Source: Planctomycetota bacterium | GTDB lineage: Bacteria > Planctomycetota > B15-G4 > JADJEK01 | Direction of reading: 5' to 3' | Assembly (NCBI GenBank): GCA_044225365.1 | Contig: JBGAIQ010000018.1 | Span: 1-64,000, forward strand | DNA: 64,000 nt | Part shown: piece after piece, positions 50,843 through 61,152 of the stretch | Layout of the letters: each line of letters starts with the position of its first letter | Numbering within the stretch: position 1 is the first letter of the stretch | Translations under genes and position numbers: made by a program | Notes under the pieces: model-generated | The model's database searches: none | Told to the model about the DNA's origin: nothing | The model's input: only the letters and a program-made list of their open reading frames with translations

Positions 50843-53800
50843 TCATCGATGCGGTTCGGGTGGCTCGGTGGAATCGCTTGGTCCGCCCGAGGCGCCGCCT
50901 CGGATTCGTTCCAAGATCTTGTACATCCCACGGATCGAGATCCCGAGCCGACGTGCCGCTTCGGCCTTGTTGCCCCGCGTCGCCGCGAGCGCTTCCTCGA
51001 CGATCGTCTTCTCGCAGGTAGCGAGGCGGTCGTGCAACGACCCATCGAGCCCACTGCCGAGCGGGGATTCGGCACGCACGGTCATCATGGGCGGCAGATC
51101 CGAGACTTCGACCAGGGGTTTATCGCCTCGCAGGAACAGTAGGCGTTTCACTTCGTTCTGCAGTTCGCGAACGTTGCCCGGCCAGGTGTACCGCTCGAGC
51201 ACGGCGAGCGCTTCCTCGGTGAAGCGCCGTGGCGGGATCTGTCCCGCGTTGCGAATCTCCTGAATCAGATGATCGATCAGCAGTCGCACGTCGCCTTCGC
51301 GTTCGCGCAGGGGTGGCAACTCCACCTGCGCCACTCCGATGCGGAAGTAGAGATCCTGCCGGAACGACTGCGCCTGGATCATCGCCTTCAAGTCGCGGTG
51401 CGTCGCGCAGATGATCCGAACATCGACCTGGATCGGATCCTTGCCGCCGAGGCGGTGGAACTCGCCGTACTGGATCACACGCAGCAATCTCTTCTGCACC
51501 TCCGGACTCATGTCGCCGATCTCGTCGAGGAAGAGACTGCCCTCGTGTGCGACCTCGAAGAAGCCCTTGTGATCGCGATCCGCGCCCGTGAACGCTCCCT
51601 TCATGTACCCGAAGAGCTCGGATTCGATGAGGGACTCCGTCATCGCGGCGCAGTTCACGGCGACGAAGTTCTTGGACTTGCGCGGACCGTTGTAGTGCAC
51701 CGCGCGAGCGATCAACTCCTTGCCGGTCCCGCTCTCGCCCTGGATGAGGACGGGGAAGTCTGTCTCCGTGATGCGATCGATGAGCTTCAGAACCTCGCGC
51801 ATCTTGGGACTCTGGGTGGCGATGTTCCGATAGTCGTATCGCAGTTCCTGCATGCGACGCTCGGCTTCGATCGTGTCCTTGGCCTCGGTGAGCTCACGCT
51901 CCTGTGCCTTCACCCGTCGCATCAACTCGGCATTCAGACGCTCGTTCTCCTGCTTCGCGCGCAACAGATCGTTCGTTCGCTCGAGATTCTCCTGGTAGAG
52001 GCGAGCCCGTTCGAGCGCGATGCCCGCGGCCCATGCGAAATCGGTGAGAACGGCGAGTTCACTCGAGTCGAAGCGATCGACGACGTCGGGATGATCGAGA
52101 TAGATGCTGCCGAGCACCTCGTTGCGACTGCGTAACGGCACGCACAGGATCGAGAGGACTCGAAGTTCGTGGATCGACGCGATCGAGCGCAGACGGGTGT
52201 CGGAGAGAGCGTTCGAGGTGAGGATCGGCTCCCCCGTGCGTGCGACTCCGCAGGCGATCGAGTGACTGATCTCGATCTCGGGGTGAGCGACGTCTTGCTG
52301 CGAGAAGTTGCGAGCGACTTTCACTTCGAGTTGCGCGCCGCGCACGAGCACGAGGAATCCGCGCCGCGCCCCGCACAGACCGATCGAGGAATCGAGGATC
52401 AGGTTGAGCAGGCGCTGTGGATCGAGTTCCGAGTTGATGGCCTTGTTGATCTCGATCAACCGCTCCATCCCGCGCATCCGGCGATCGAGGCCGGCGAATC
52501 CGACGGTTCCGGATCCTCGTGTCTCGACGGCTGCGAGATCGCTCCACCAATCCGTGGCGAAGTGGCCTGCACCCGCAAACGTGAGCCGGCCGAAGGTCTC
52601 GCGTGCGGCATCGGCGTCGGAGCGCGCGCCGCCGAGCAGACTCGCCGCCGTCCCCGCGTCTCCCGCCGAACGCGACTGCGCGAGGAGGCGCCCGCGACGC
52701 AATCGCGACGATCCACGGAGCGAAACGACGATCGCCCGCTCGAGCGCGAGGCCGGGCGCCATGACTCGCGCGAGGGCGGTCTCGAAATCGGCATCGACCG
52801 CGGCGTCTAGTCGTTCTACGGAATTCACCGCTCGAATCGCGATCAACTGCGCCAGTAGCCCGTCCTGCTCGTCGAAAACACCGATCTCGAGACCGGATGA
52901 AACGGCCGTCTCGCAAGCGTCCCGATCACCGCTCCGCAACTCCGCGACGGCGATCGCGAGCCACGCCTCGGCCTCGAGGCGCGTTGCGCTGCGCGAACCC
53001 GATTCGGCCAGCAACCTCTTCGCGATGCGACGAGCCCGTTGCGGCCGACCTCGAAAGGCATGGAACTCGGCAACTGCGAGGAGGATCTCGCTTCCGAACG
53101 ACGAAGAAGCATCGATCCGACTCGCGCGCAGCGCGGCAGCGAAGCGTACGCGTGCCTCGCGCTGTGCTCCGCGCCACGCCAGCAATCGACCGAACGCGGC
53201 GATCCCCACGGCGACGAACGCCGGCGAACCGCACAGACGGCGCAGATCGATGCTCTCACGGAGCATCCGTTCCGCGACGTCGAAGTTGCCGCTGCGCATT
53301 TCGGTATCGGCGCCGTAGCGCAGGAACGCCGCCCGACTTTGCTGCGTCGAGGCGCGCGAGAAGAGTCGCTTCCCGCGTAGCAGTGACGCACGCGCCGCCG
53401 ACAGGTCGCCCACCAGGTTCTCAGCATGGATCAACAGGATGAGCGCGTTCTCGGCTTGCGCCGGAATCGCGGCCGCTTCGAATGCCTCGACCGCCGCCTG
53501 GATGCGATCGATCGCTTGGCCGCCGCGACCGCGCAGGAGCAGCAGCCGTCCGAGATTCGACGATGCATGCGCGAAGATCTCAGCGCGCCCGATCCGCTCG
53601 CCCACCTCGGCCGCACGGTCGTACGCGGCGGCAGCCCCGTCGAAGTCTCCGAGATCGGAGAGTGCGCTCGCGCGCTCCATCCATGCCGAAGCGAGTTCCG
53701 GGGACGGTGCGACACCCGCCGCTTCGATCGCACGCGCCGCCGCTTCCGCGGCATCGCGCGGGCGACCCCGCTTGCGATGGATCTGGGATTCGACCGCGGA

Positions 53801-56035
53801 GAGAACGGCTCGCGTGGTTCCGAGCGCGCCTTCGACCGTCCGCCCTCGCGCGATCTCGGCCTCGGCTTCATCGAATGCGCCGCGACGGAGTTGGGAGCGC
53901 GCGAGGATCGCGTGACAACGCACGACGTCGTCCGCCGCTTCGGGACCGATCCGGGCAGACTCGCCGGAGCCGAGAGCGAGCGCGAGCGATTCGGTCGCGT
54001 GCGTGATCGCGCGCTCGTTGTCGCCAAGGAACGACGCGCAATCGGCGAGCGATCGCAACGCACGCCGCCGCGTGGAGTCCGTCGGCACGGATCGCCCGGA
54101 ATCCTCGAGGACGTGCATGAGGAAACGGGTCGCTTCCTTGGCGCGACCCGCGGCTCGGAGCTCGATGGCCGCGTCCAGCATCTCCCGCACTCCGAGATCG
54201 CGATCGCCCGAGTGCGAGAGGAGGAGACCCGCTTCCGCCTTGCGCAACGAATCGGGATGGATCTCACGCAGGATCGCGGCTCCGATCGCTCGCTGCCGAA
54301 CGATGACGGCCGCTGGAGTCGCCGTCCGGGTGGCGGCGAGCGCGAGCGCGTGGCTTGCGAGGGCGACCCGCTGATCCACGTCGCGCGTGACGCAACGACG
54401 TTCGATCAGTCGATCGAGCGCGAGAGGCGCAGCGGCACTCGACAGGCTGGGATGATTCGCCGCGACGAGCGTCGGATCGACTGCGAGCGGGGCGAATGCG
54501 AGGGTTCCCACCCATTCCGTTTCGAGCGCGGAGCAGGTCGCGAGTTGGAGCGATGCGGATTCGAGGGCTGCCGGATCCGCCACGAGGGGAATCGGGCGCC
54601 AACTCTCGACCAGGACACCGCCGGTGACCGCGCGGATCACCCCACACTCCACGAGGTGAGCGAGGCCCCGCCGCACGCCGAAGGGTGTGAAGCCGCGCGG
54701 ACCTCTCAGCGCAGGCAAAATTGCATCGGGCAATTCGATTTCGAGCGTCTTGCTCACCGCTTCGCGAACTTCCGCCTCGGTAGGACTCGCCACCTCGATG
54801 AGGATCGGCATCGCGTCGCGGATCGCACTCGGTAGAGGACTCTCGTCGTCGAGCAAAACGACGGTGCGTGCCGGCAACGCCGTGAGGGCGGTGGTGAATC
54901 CGTCGCTCGAGAACGCAGCAGCCGCATCGCGAAGGTCGATCCAGGCCGACGAAGGCGATGGCGATCCCGGCTCGTTCCGTCGCGAGAGCGGCGAGAGATC
55001 GACGCCCCGCGCTGCGAGATCGACCCGCAGTCGAGTCACGAGGTCATCGCTCCCACTCGGGAGCGCGATGACGACGGGACTCCTCCCGGGCGACAGATCC
55101 GTCGCGATTCGAACCGCCAGGTCCCGTTCGTCGCTGAATGGAATCGAACGAACGCGGGCGAGCATGTCTTCGTGCGGCGCGGCGACGCTCGCATGCCGAA
55201 CCACCGGCGAGATGCGCTCGAGGAGGTCCACCACCTCCTCCGCAGAACCGAGCCGACGATCGGGCTCCCGGCGAAGCAGCGCGGCGACGAGTTCGTCGAG
55301 TCCCGCGGGCAACGACTTGGCGATCGCTCTCGGGAGTTCGATGTCGGAGGCGAGGTGACGGCGAAGGACCTCCACTGCGTCGTCGCCGTGAGTCGGTGGT
55401 TCACCGACCAGCAGTTCGTAGATCACGATCCCGAGCGAGTAGAGGTCCGACCGAGTCGTCGCCCGTTGCCCATCGATGATCTCGGGAGCGAGATAGCGCA
55501 ACGTCCCGCTGCCCCGCGACGAGTCCGTAGCGGTCGTCGCGAACCCGAAGTCGATGAGAACCGCCCGCGAGCCGTCCGAACCCTCGCCCCGGCAAACCAG
55601 GATGTTCGCCGGTTTGAGATCGCGATGAAGGACGCCGCGGCGATGCACGAACGCGAGAGCCCGCGCGACCTCGGCGATACGAGAGAGCAGGACGTCGATC
55701 TTCGACTCGCTTGCGAGACTCCTCGTCGCCTCCAGAAGGTCGGCTCCGTCGAGAAATTCGTACACCGCGACGAACTCCCCGGATTCGGCGTCGAAGAAAG
55801 CGTCGAGGAGCCGGACGATCCCGGGATGCGAAACGCCCGCGAGCAATCGCGCTTCGCTGCGCGCGGCGCTTGCGCGATCGCTCGGGAATCGCTTCAAAGC
55901 GACCCGAGTTCCGGCTCGAGAATCGACCGCGAGCTCGACGCGGCCACTCGCACCTTCTCCCAGGAGGCGGAGCGGCGTATAAGAGAGCGGTTTGCCCTCG
56001 GACTCGTGGAACTCGGTACGGTCGGCGTCGGTCAT
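50843..56035 (-). CDS. Ser/Thr protein kinase - TPR - GAF - sigma54 AAA+ activator - HTH (1730 aa)
   Basis: LGEGASG, VALK, HRDLKPANI, DFG, YLAPE; GAF SILCVPL; GESGTGKE, ESELFG..KGAFTGA, FLDEIG, WPGNVREL; GNKAEAARRLGIS. Confidence 0.93.
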   Translation of the reverse strand: MTDADRTEFHESEGKPLSYTPLRLLGEGASGRVELAVDSRAGTRVALKRFPSDRASAARSEARLLAGVSHPGIVRLLDAFFDAESGEFVAVYEFLDGADLLEATRSLASESKIDVLLSRIAEVARALAFVHRRGVLHRDLKPANILVCRGEGSDGSRAVLIDFGFATTATDSSRGSGTLRYLAPEIIDGQRATTRSDLYSLGIVIYELLVGEPPTHGDDAVEVLRRHLASDIELPRAIAKSLPAGLDELVAALLRREPDRRLGSAEEVVDLLERISPVVRHASVAAPHEDMLARVRSIPFSDERDLAVRIATDLSPGRSPVVIALPSGSDDLVTRLRVDLAARGVDLSPLSRRNEPGSPSPSSAWIDLRDAAAAFSSDGFTTALTALPARTVVLLDDESPLPSAIRDAMPILIEVASPTEAEVREAVSKTLEIELPDAILPALRGPRGFTPFGVRRGLAHLVECGVIRAVTGGVLVESWRPIPLVADPAALESASLQLATCSALETEWVGTLAFAPLAVDPTLVAANHPSLSSAAAPLALDRLIERRCVTRDVDQRVALASHALALAATRTATPAAVIVRQRAIGAAILREIHPDSLRKAEAGLLLSHSGDRDLGVREMLDAAIELRAAGRAKEATRFLMHVLEDSGRSVPTDSTRRRALRSLADCASFLGDNERAITHATESLALALGSGESARIGPEAADDVVRCHAILARSQLRRGAFDEAEAEIARGRTVEGALGTTRAVLSAVESQIHRKRGRPRDAAEAAARAIEAAGVAPSPELASAWMERASALSDLGDFDGAAAAYDRAAEVGERIGRAEIFAHASSNLGRLLLLRGRGGQAIDRIQAAVEAFEAAAIPAQAENALILLIHAENLVGDLSAARASLLRGKRLFSRASTQQSRAAFLRYGADTEMRSGNFDVAERMLRESIDLRRLCGSPAFVAVGIAAFGRLLAWRGAQREARVRFAAALRASRIDASSSFGSEILLAVAEFHAFRGRPQRARRIAKRLLAESGSRSATRLEAEAWLAIAVAELRSGDRDACETAVSSGLEIGVFDEQDGLLAQLIAIRAVNSVERLDAAVDADFETALARVMAPGLALERAIVVSLRGSSRLRRGRLLAQSRSAGDAGTAASLLGGARSDADAARETFGRLTFAGAGHFATDWWSDLAAVETRGSGTVGFAGLDRRMRGMERLIEINKAINSELDPQRLLNLILDSSIGLCGARRGFLVLVRGAQLEVKVARNFSQQDVAHPEIEISHSIACGVARTGEPILTSNALSDTRLRSIASIHELRVLSILCVPLRSRNEVLGSIYLDHPDVVDRFDSSELAVLTDFAWAAGIALERARLYQENLERTNDLLRAKQENERLNAELMRRVKAQERELTEAKDTIEAERRMQELRYDYRNIATQSPKMREVLKLIDRITETDFPVLIQGESGTGKELIARAVHYNGPRKSKNFVAVNCAAMTESLIESELFGYMKGAFTGADRDHKGFFEVAHEGSLFLDEIGDMSPEVQKRLLRVIQYGEFHRLGGKDPIQVDVRIICATHRDLKAMIQAQSFRQDLYFRIGVAQVELPPLREREGDVRLLIDHLIQEIRNAGQIPPRRFTEEALAVLERYTWPGNVRELQNEVKRLLFLRGDKPLVEVSDLPPMMTVRAESPLGSGLDGSLHDRLATCEKTIVEEALAATRGNKAEAARRLGISIRGMYKILERIRGGASGGPSDSTEPPEPHR

Positions 56036-56180
56036 TTCGCTGGCCGATCATTCTACGGTCGCCGGGCAACGATCGAAGCGCAACGTTTTCAGCGTTGTCG
56101 GTCGAACCGTTCCCGAGGGATTGCCGTTCCTCGAGAACTCACTTCGGATTCGCGCATGGGTGGACGAGCAGGAGCAGAGG

Positions 56181-57701
56181 ATGAAGTACGGAAGTAGCAC
56201 TCGCTGGGCCCTCACTTGCGCCGCGGTATTCGTCGCGGCGTCGATCGCCCGCGCCGACATCGTCTTCCTCAAGGACGGGAAGAAGGTCGAAGGCAAGATC
56301 ACGCACAAGGACGACGCGCAGATCACGCTCGTGACCAAGCTCGGCCCGATGACGTTGAAGACCGCGGACATCGATCACATCGAAGCCGGTCGCACTCCCG
56401 AGGAGGAGGTGGCGTATCGGGTCGATCAAGCGAAGGGAGATGCCGCGAAGTTGTGGGACGCGGCGATGTACGCCCGCGAGAAGAAGCTGACCAAGCAGTT
56501 CAAGGAGATCGCGGCCTCCGTGGTGAAGGCCGATCCGAATCACAAAGAAGCGAACCAGGCGCTCGGCAACATCGAAGAGAATGGGAAGTGGTACACGCCG
56601 GCCGACTACGAGAAGGCCCAAGCGAAGTACGCCGCGCAGATGAAGGCGGAGGGCAAGGAATTCATTGAGGGGCTGTGGATGCCTCACGACAAGGCGCAGA
56701 TCTACCGCGGCTACGAGAAGGATCCGGAGACCGGAGAGTTCCTCCAACCCGTCGAGATCTATCGCAAGAAGTGGGCGAAACTCACGAAGCCGCTGCTCGG
56801 GATCGAACTCCAGACCAAGGAATCGGAGCACTTCGTCCTGCGCAGCAATCTCCCGGAAGACACCCAAGCGAACATCCTGAGCGTGCTCGAAGCCTGCACG
56901 ATGCACTTCTACGACCTGTTCAAGCTGAACGCGAAGGAGCATCGCGTCATGGACGGTAGTCCGTTCATCGGGCGACCGACCGCCGTCTACGTCCTTCCGG
57001 ACATCGGAGTCGTTCCGAAGTTCGTCGAGACCGGCGGCTACATGGAACAGATCTACAACACGCCGAAGGGCGTGAACGAGCGCTACACCACGGACAACTC
57101 GTTCCCCGTTTTCTTCCCGAGCCCGCTGATCGTCACGTCCCTGGGCGCCCATCTCATCAGCGGCCAGGAGGTGAGTCTCAACGGCTACCTGACGAACCTC
57201 GAGGGCAACATGCTGATCCGCCGCTTCAAGCGCGGCGGCAAGGTGCCGGGGTGGGTCGAGGCCGGGATCACGTATTACTTCGAGGCGCGCTTCAACAACT
57301 ACGCGACGCTCACGCTCGCCGAGTTCGCGGGATACGAGAACGTCCACCCCATCGATGACAGCTTGCTCTCGTTCCAGGCGTGGTATCAACGCGCGGCGGA
57401 TCCGCAGTTCCGAGCGACTCTCCCCACCTACGAGTCGATGCGCAAGCACCCGATCGAGGAACTCGACGCCGTGTCGATCGTGAAGTCTTACTTCCTCGTT
57501 CGCTGGCTCCTCGACACCGATACCGATCGCTTCGTCGATTACGTCCGCAAGGCCTACGAACAGAACACCGACGTACGACCGATCAAGGAGACGTCGGAGG
57601 AGCAGGCCTTCAAGGAAGTCTTCAAGATGACGGCGGACGAATTCGACGCCAAATTCCTCGACTGGCTCGCCAAGAACCCCCCGGTCCCAGCCCCGTTCTA
57701 G
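56181..57701 (+). CDS. Exported hypothetical protein; peptidase-MA/DUF1570-like C-terminus lacking HExxH
   Basis: Signal peptide ...ARA-DIVFLKDGKKVEGKI; DPNH.EA..ALG; SEHF; PGWVEAGITYYFE; SY.LV.WL. Confidence 0.75.
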   Translation: MKYGSSTRWALTCAAVFVAASIARADIVFLKDGKKVEGKITHKDDAQITLVTKLGPMTLKTADIDHIEAGRTPEEEVAYRVDQAKGDAAKLWDAAMYAREKKLTKQFKEIAASVVKADPNHKEANQALGNIEENGKWYTPADYEKAQAKYAAQMKAEGKEFIEGLWMPHDKAQIYRGYEKDPETGEFLQPVEIYRKKWAKLTKPLLGIELQTKESEHFVLRSNLPEDTQANILSVLEACTMHFYDLFKLNAKEHRVMDGSPFIGRPTAVYVLPDIGVVPKFVETGGYMEQIYNTPKGVNERYTTDNSFPVFFPSPLIVTSLGAHLISGQEVSLNGYLTNLEGNMLIRRFKRGGKVPGWVEAGITYYFEARFNNYATLTLAEFAGYENVHPIDDSLLSFQAWYQRAADPQFRATLPTYESMRKHPIEELDAVSIVKSYFLVRWLLDTDTDRFVDYVRKAYEQNTDVRPIKETSEEQAFKEVFKMTADEFDAKFLDWLAKNPPVPAPF

Positions 57702-57826
57702 AGCACTCCTTCGTCACGACGACCTGAACGAACGCATCGAAGTCGTTCCTCGAGCGTATACTGTGCCCGTCCACCCGTGGCACAATCCCGCTCGATTGCA
57801 ACTCGTATTCGAGGCTGAAGGCCGTA

Positions 57827-59344
57827 ATGCGAAAGAACATGCGATTCACCCGTCCACACGCTTCATCGTTCCTCCTCGCCGCTCTCGCAGCGGCGGTCCC
57901 GTGCGCGATCGCGATCGCCGACACCGTCACCAAGAAGGACGGAACGAAGATCGAAGGCAAGATCATCGAGCAGAACGACGCCGGCGTGACGATCGACACC
58001 ACGCTCGGTCAGCTCAAGATCCCGAAGGCGGACATCAAGGACGTTCAGACCGGCAAGACGTCCGCCGAGCAGTTCCAGGAGAAATGGGACGCGGTCGACC
58101 GCAAGGACGCGAGCGCACTGCTCGATCTTGCGAAGTGGTGCGAAGAGAACAAGCTCTCGCGTGAAGCGAAGAAGGTCTATCGCGAGATCGTCGACAAGGT
58201 CGAACCGAACAACGAGGCGGCGCGCCGCGCTCTCGGCTTCGTGAAGGTCGGAGACACCTGGAAGACGAAGACCGAGATCGACGCCGAGAAGAAGGCTGCG
58301 GACGACAAGGCCAAGGCCGAGAAGAACAAGAACGCGAAGCCCGACAAGGCGAAGACCGACAAGAACAAGAAGTCGGGCAAAGCCACCGCGGGCGGCGACC
58401 TCGAATTCCCGCCGGACATCAAACCGTTCATCGAGGCGGGCAAGGAGAACGCGACGGAGGACAAGAAGCTCGCGTCGTCGATGAAGGACGACCTGAGTCG
58501 AAACTTCTCGACGCTCACCTCCGAGAACTTCCGAATGGCGATCCAGCTCCCACCGGACGACGCCGCCACCCATCTGAAGATTGCCGAGAAATGCCTGTTC
58601 GACGCCAACGGCATGTTCGACCTCGGCGCGGACAACAAGACGTGGAGCGGCAAGATGATGATCTTCGAAGTCAACCAGAAGGGTGACTTCCACGATCTCA
58701 CCAACTGGGTCCACAAGAACTACGCCGAGATCCCGGACCAGATGCGGAAGTCGAACAAGGACTCCGGCGGCCTAACCTTCGGCTCCCCGAAGGGCCCGGT
58801 GTGCACGTTCTATGAATCGGGTGTTCCGCTCAAGAATGCGATCCCCCAGTGGGTCGGGATGTTCTTCATCACCGGTTACTCACGCAACGGCGTCCGCGAG
58901 TGGATGCGTCAGGGCTTCGCGATGAACCTCGCGATCCACGAGTTCGGCGTGAGCCTCCTCACGTTCGTCACCGACACGAAGTACGAGAACAACGTCGAGA
59001 TCGCCGACAAGAACTCGGACAACGCCTACAAGCTGCTCTGTTGGGACATGATCGAAGGCCGCCTCGAGACGGGCACGCATCCGTGGAACGAGCTGCGCAA
59101 GAAGGACCTCAACGCTCTCGACTACGCGGATCTCGCGAAGAGCTGGAGCATGGTCGACTTCCTCATGAACGAGAAGAAGGAAGAGCTGAAGAAGTTCCTC
59201 GCCATCTGCGCTCAGCACAAGGACGAGGAGGACGCGCTCCGCGCCGCCTTCGGCTTCGATGGCCTCGAACTCGACAAGCAATGGGAAGCCTACGTTCGCG
59301 CGAACTACGAGAAGGCGCCGCCCTCAGCGCCGAAGAAGAAGTAA
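57827..59344 (+). CDS. Exported hypothetical protein, paralog of 56181-57701
   Basis: Signal peptide ...AIA-DTVTKKDGTKIEGKI; LAKWC, EPNNEAARRALG; SENF; EWMRQGFA; YAD..KSWSMVDFL. Confidence 0.75.
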   Translation: MRKNMRFTRPHASSFLLAALAAAVPCAIAIADTVTKKDGTKIEGKIIEQNDAGVTIDTTLGQLKIPKADIKDVQTGKTSAEQFQEKWDAVDRKDASALLDLAKWCEENKLSREAKKVYREIVDKVEPNNEAARRALGFVKVGDTWKTKTEIDAEKKAADDKAKAEKNKNAKPDKAKTDKNKKSGKATAGGDLEFPPDIKPFIEAGKENATEDKKLASSMKDDLSRNFSTLTSENFRMAIQLPPDDAATHLKIAEKCLFDANGMFDLGADNKTWSGKMMIFEVNQKGDFHDLTNWVHKNYAEIPDQMRKSNKDSGGLTFGSPKGPVCTFYESGVPLKNAIPQWVGMFFITGYSRNGVREWMRQGFAMNLAIHEFGVSLLTFVTDTKYENNVEIADKNSDNAYKLLCWDMIEGRLETGTHPWNELRKKDLNALDYADLAKSWSMVDFLMNEKKEELKKFLAICAQHKDEEDALRAAFGFDGLELDKQWEAYVRANYEKAPPSAPKKK

Positions 59345-59369
59345 CGCGTCGACCGGCGCTGAAAGCACA

Positions 59370-59405
59370 CGGGGCGGTGGAGTCCGAGCGGACACCATCG
59401 CCCCG
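59370..59405. terminator. Hairpin between convergent genes
   Basis: CGGGGCGGTGGAGTCC-GAGC-GGACACCATCGCCCCG. Confidence 0.55.
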
Positions 59406-59434
59406 AATCGTTGCAGGCGAGACTCGGAAAGCTC

Positions 59435-60466
59435 TCACCCTCCGGCGGGGCTCAGGCTCTCGATCATGCTCTTCACTTCTTCGGGCTCGACCTTGCCCTC
59501 GATGTGAATCGTCGTGCCGTCCACGTCGAAGTAGGTCTTCACGTAGCCGCCGAGCACGTCGAAATGGACGTGGAGCGGAGCGTTGTCGGGGTAGTTGGGA
59601 GGCTCGATCTCGGGAGTGCCCGTCGCAGCGTACTGCGCTACGAAGATCTCCTGGAGACCGTCGGTGTACGAGAACGTCAGCACGGGGTGCGTGGCGATCG
59701 TTGCGAGCTTCACGGACGCGAGCGAGAAGCCACTCGGGATGTACGAGGAGACGAAGGACTTGAAGTTGACGAGACCCGCGAATTGCGTGCTCGACACGTC
59801 GACGGGCGGCGTGATCGGCAGATCGGGGAACGCGTCCTTCTTGGCGTTGTACGTGAAATCGACCTCGATCGTCTCCATCTCCGCAGCGAGCGCGTCGGTC
59901 GGGAGGTACTCGAGATACTTGAGGGTGACGTAGGTCTCCATATCGGACCACACGAGATAGTGTGGACGATCGGATTGCTTCGGATTGACCTCGGACACGA
60001 CGCACGGTCGCCCCGCCACCACCGCCGTGGCGGAGAGCGGATTCACCGTGTAGTTCTGGAGGAAACGCCCGGCGTCACGGATCGCGAAGTCACGACCCGA
60101 CGCGACGAAGCGACCACGGCCACCGTCCAGCAACTTCTGCATGAGCTGGAACTGCTGATACTCCTCCGGTGTCATCGTCTGCGGCGTGTCGCCGTTGAGC
60201 ATGAGCAGTTCGACTCGCGAGCGGCCATCGTCTGCCTGGACGAACTTCTCCGTGTAGCTTGCGATCTCGGGCCCGGAGAACGAGGTGTACCGCCGCACCG
60301 CGAGGAAATCGGCCTTCTTCGAAGCCGACACCGCAGCACTCGACCCGAATCCCGAAGCCGCGAACTTGTTGCCCGGGCCGCAGGCGGTGACCGATGTCAG
60401 GATCAACGCGACGGGAAGCCCAGTGAGCGCCAACCAACGACGGTGATCGAAACGGAAGCGAGTCAA
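59435..60466 (-). CDS. RseB/MucB-like lipoprotein
   Basis: TTG start after GGAGG, overlapping anti-sigma stop; VTAC lipobox; VAGRPC.V....P...DR..Y.VW.D.ET...LK; YIPSGF; YTDGL..I. Confidence 0.75.
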   Translation of the reverse strand: MTRFRFDHRRWLALTGLPVALILTSVTACGPGNKFAASGFGSSAAVSASKKADFLAVRRYTSFSGPEIASYTEKFVQADDGRSRVELLMLNGDTPQTMTPEEYQQFQLMQKLLDGGRGRFVASGRDFAIRDAGRFLQNYTVNPLSATAVVAGRPCVVSEVNPKQSDRPHYLVWSDMETYVTLKYLEYLPTDALAAEMETIEVDFTYNAKKDAFPDLPITPPVDVSSTQFAGLVNFKSFVSSYIPSGFSLASVKLATIATHPVLTFSYTDGLQEIFVAQYAATGTPEIEPPNYPDNAPLHVHFDVLGGYVKTYFDVDGTTIHIEGKVEPEEVKSMIESLSPAGG

Positions 60467-61152
60467 CGCCCACCTCCGCCTGCGTCCCTGCGACTCGAAG
60501 GAATCGAATCCGAACGTGCACGTTCGAAGCGGCTCGGACCGAACGGAACGGCGATCGGATCGACGGTGACGAAGTTCTCGCGGGTCGCCGATTGCGCGAC
60601 CCCCGGCCGAACCACGTTGAAGTCCGAAGCGAATCGGAACGAACCCACACGATGCGCCGAGCGACCGGAGAGCAGTGTCGACGAAACGCCGAGCAGCAAC
60701 AACGCAGCAACCGCCGCGCGCAGCAGCTCCGCGCCGGATGGCCGATAAGCGCGACGTCGCGCCGCCAGCGCCGTTCGAGCCCGTTCGGCATGGATTCCGC
60801 CGAGCACCCGGTCGGCAAAGCCCTGCGGCGCGGATCGCCGCGGCAGCAGACCGAGGGTCGCTTCGATGCCGGAGACACTGCGCGCATGCGTTGCGGACGC
60901 TCGTTGTGAAGCGTGCGCGAACCCGGCCATTCGCTGGGTGAAGAGACGCACGGATTCGGGCGCGGGGACTCGCGGAAGCGTCGCCACGAGCGTACGCAGG
61001 CAACGGGCACGTTCGACGCGAGAACGCAGATCGGGGACGCACTCGAACATCGACTCGAATCGTCGGCCATCCTCGGCCGACAGCCCCCCATCGATGTACT
61101 CGACGATGAGTTCGTCGATCGATTCGCGTCCGAAGGCAGCGGGATCGATCAT
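60463..61152 (-). CDS. Membrane-spanning anti-sigma factor (RseA/RsiW-like)
   Basis: LIVEYIDGGLS...FE anti-sigma N-terminus, AP..F..RV, single TM; coupled to ECF sigma. Confidence 0.75.
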   Translation of the reverse strand: MIDPAAFGRESIDELIVEYIDGGLSAEDGRRFESMFECVPDLRSRVERARCLRTLVATLPRVPAPESVRLFTQRMAGFAHASQRASATHARSVSGIEATLGLLPRRSAPQGFADRVLGGIHAERARTALAARRRAYRPSGAELLRAAVAALLLLGVSSTLLSGRSAHRVGSFRFASDFNVVRPGVAQSATRENFVTVDPIAVPFGPSRFERARSDSIPSSRRDAGGGGR

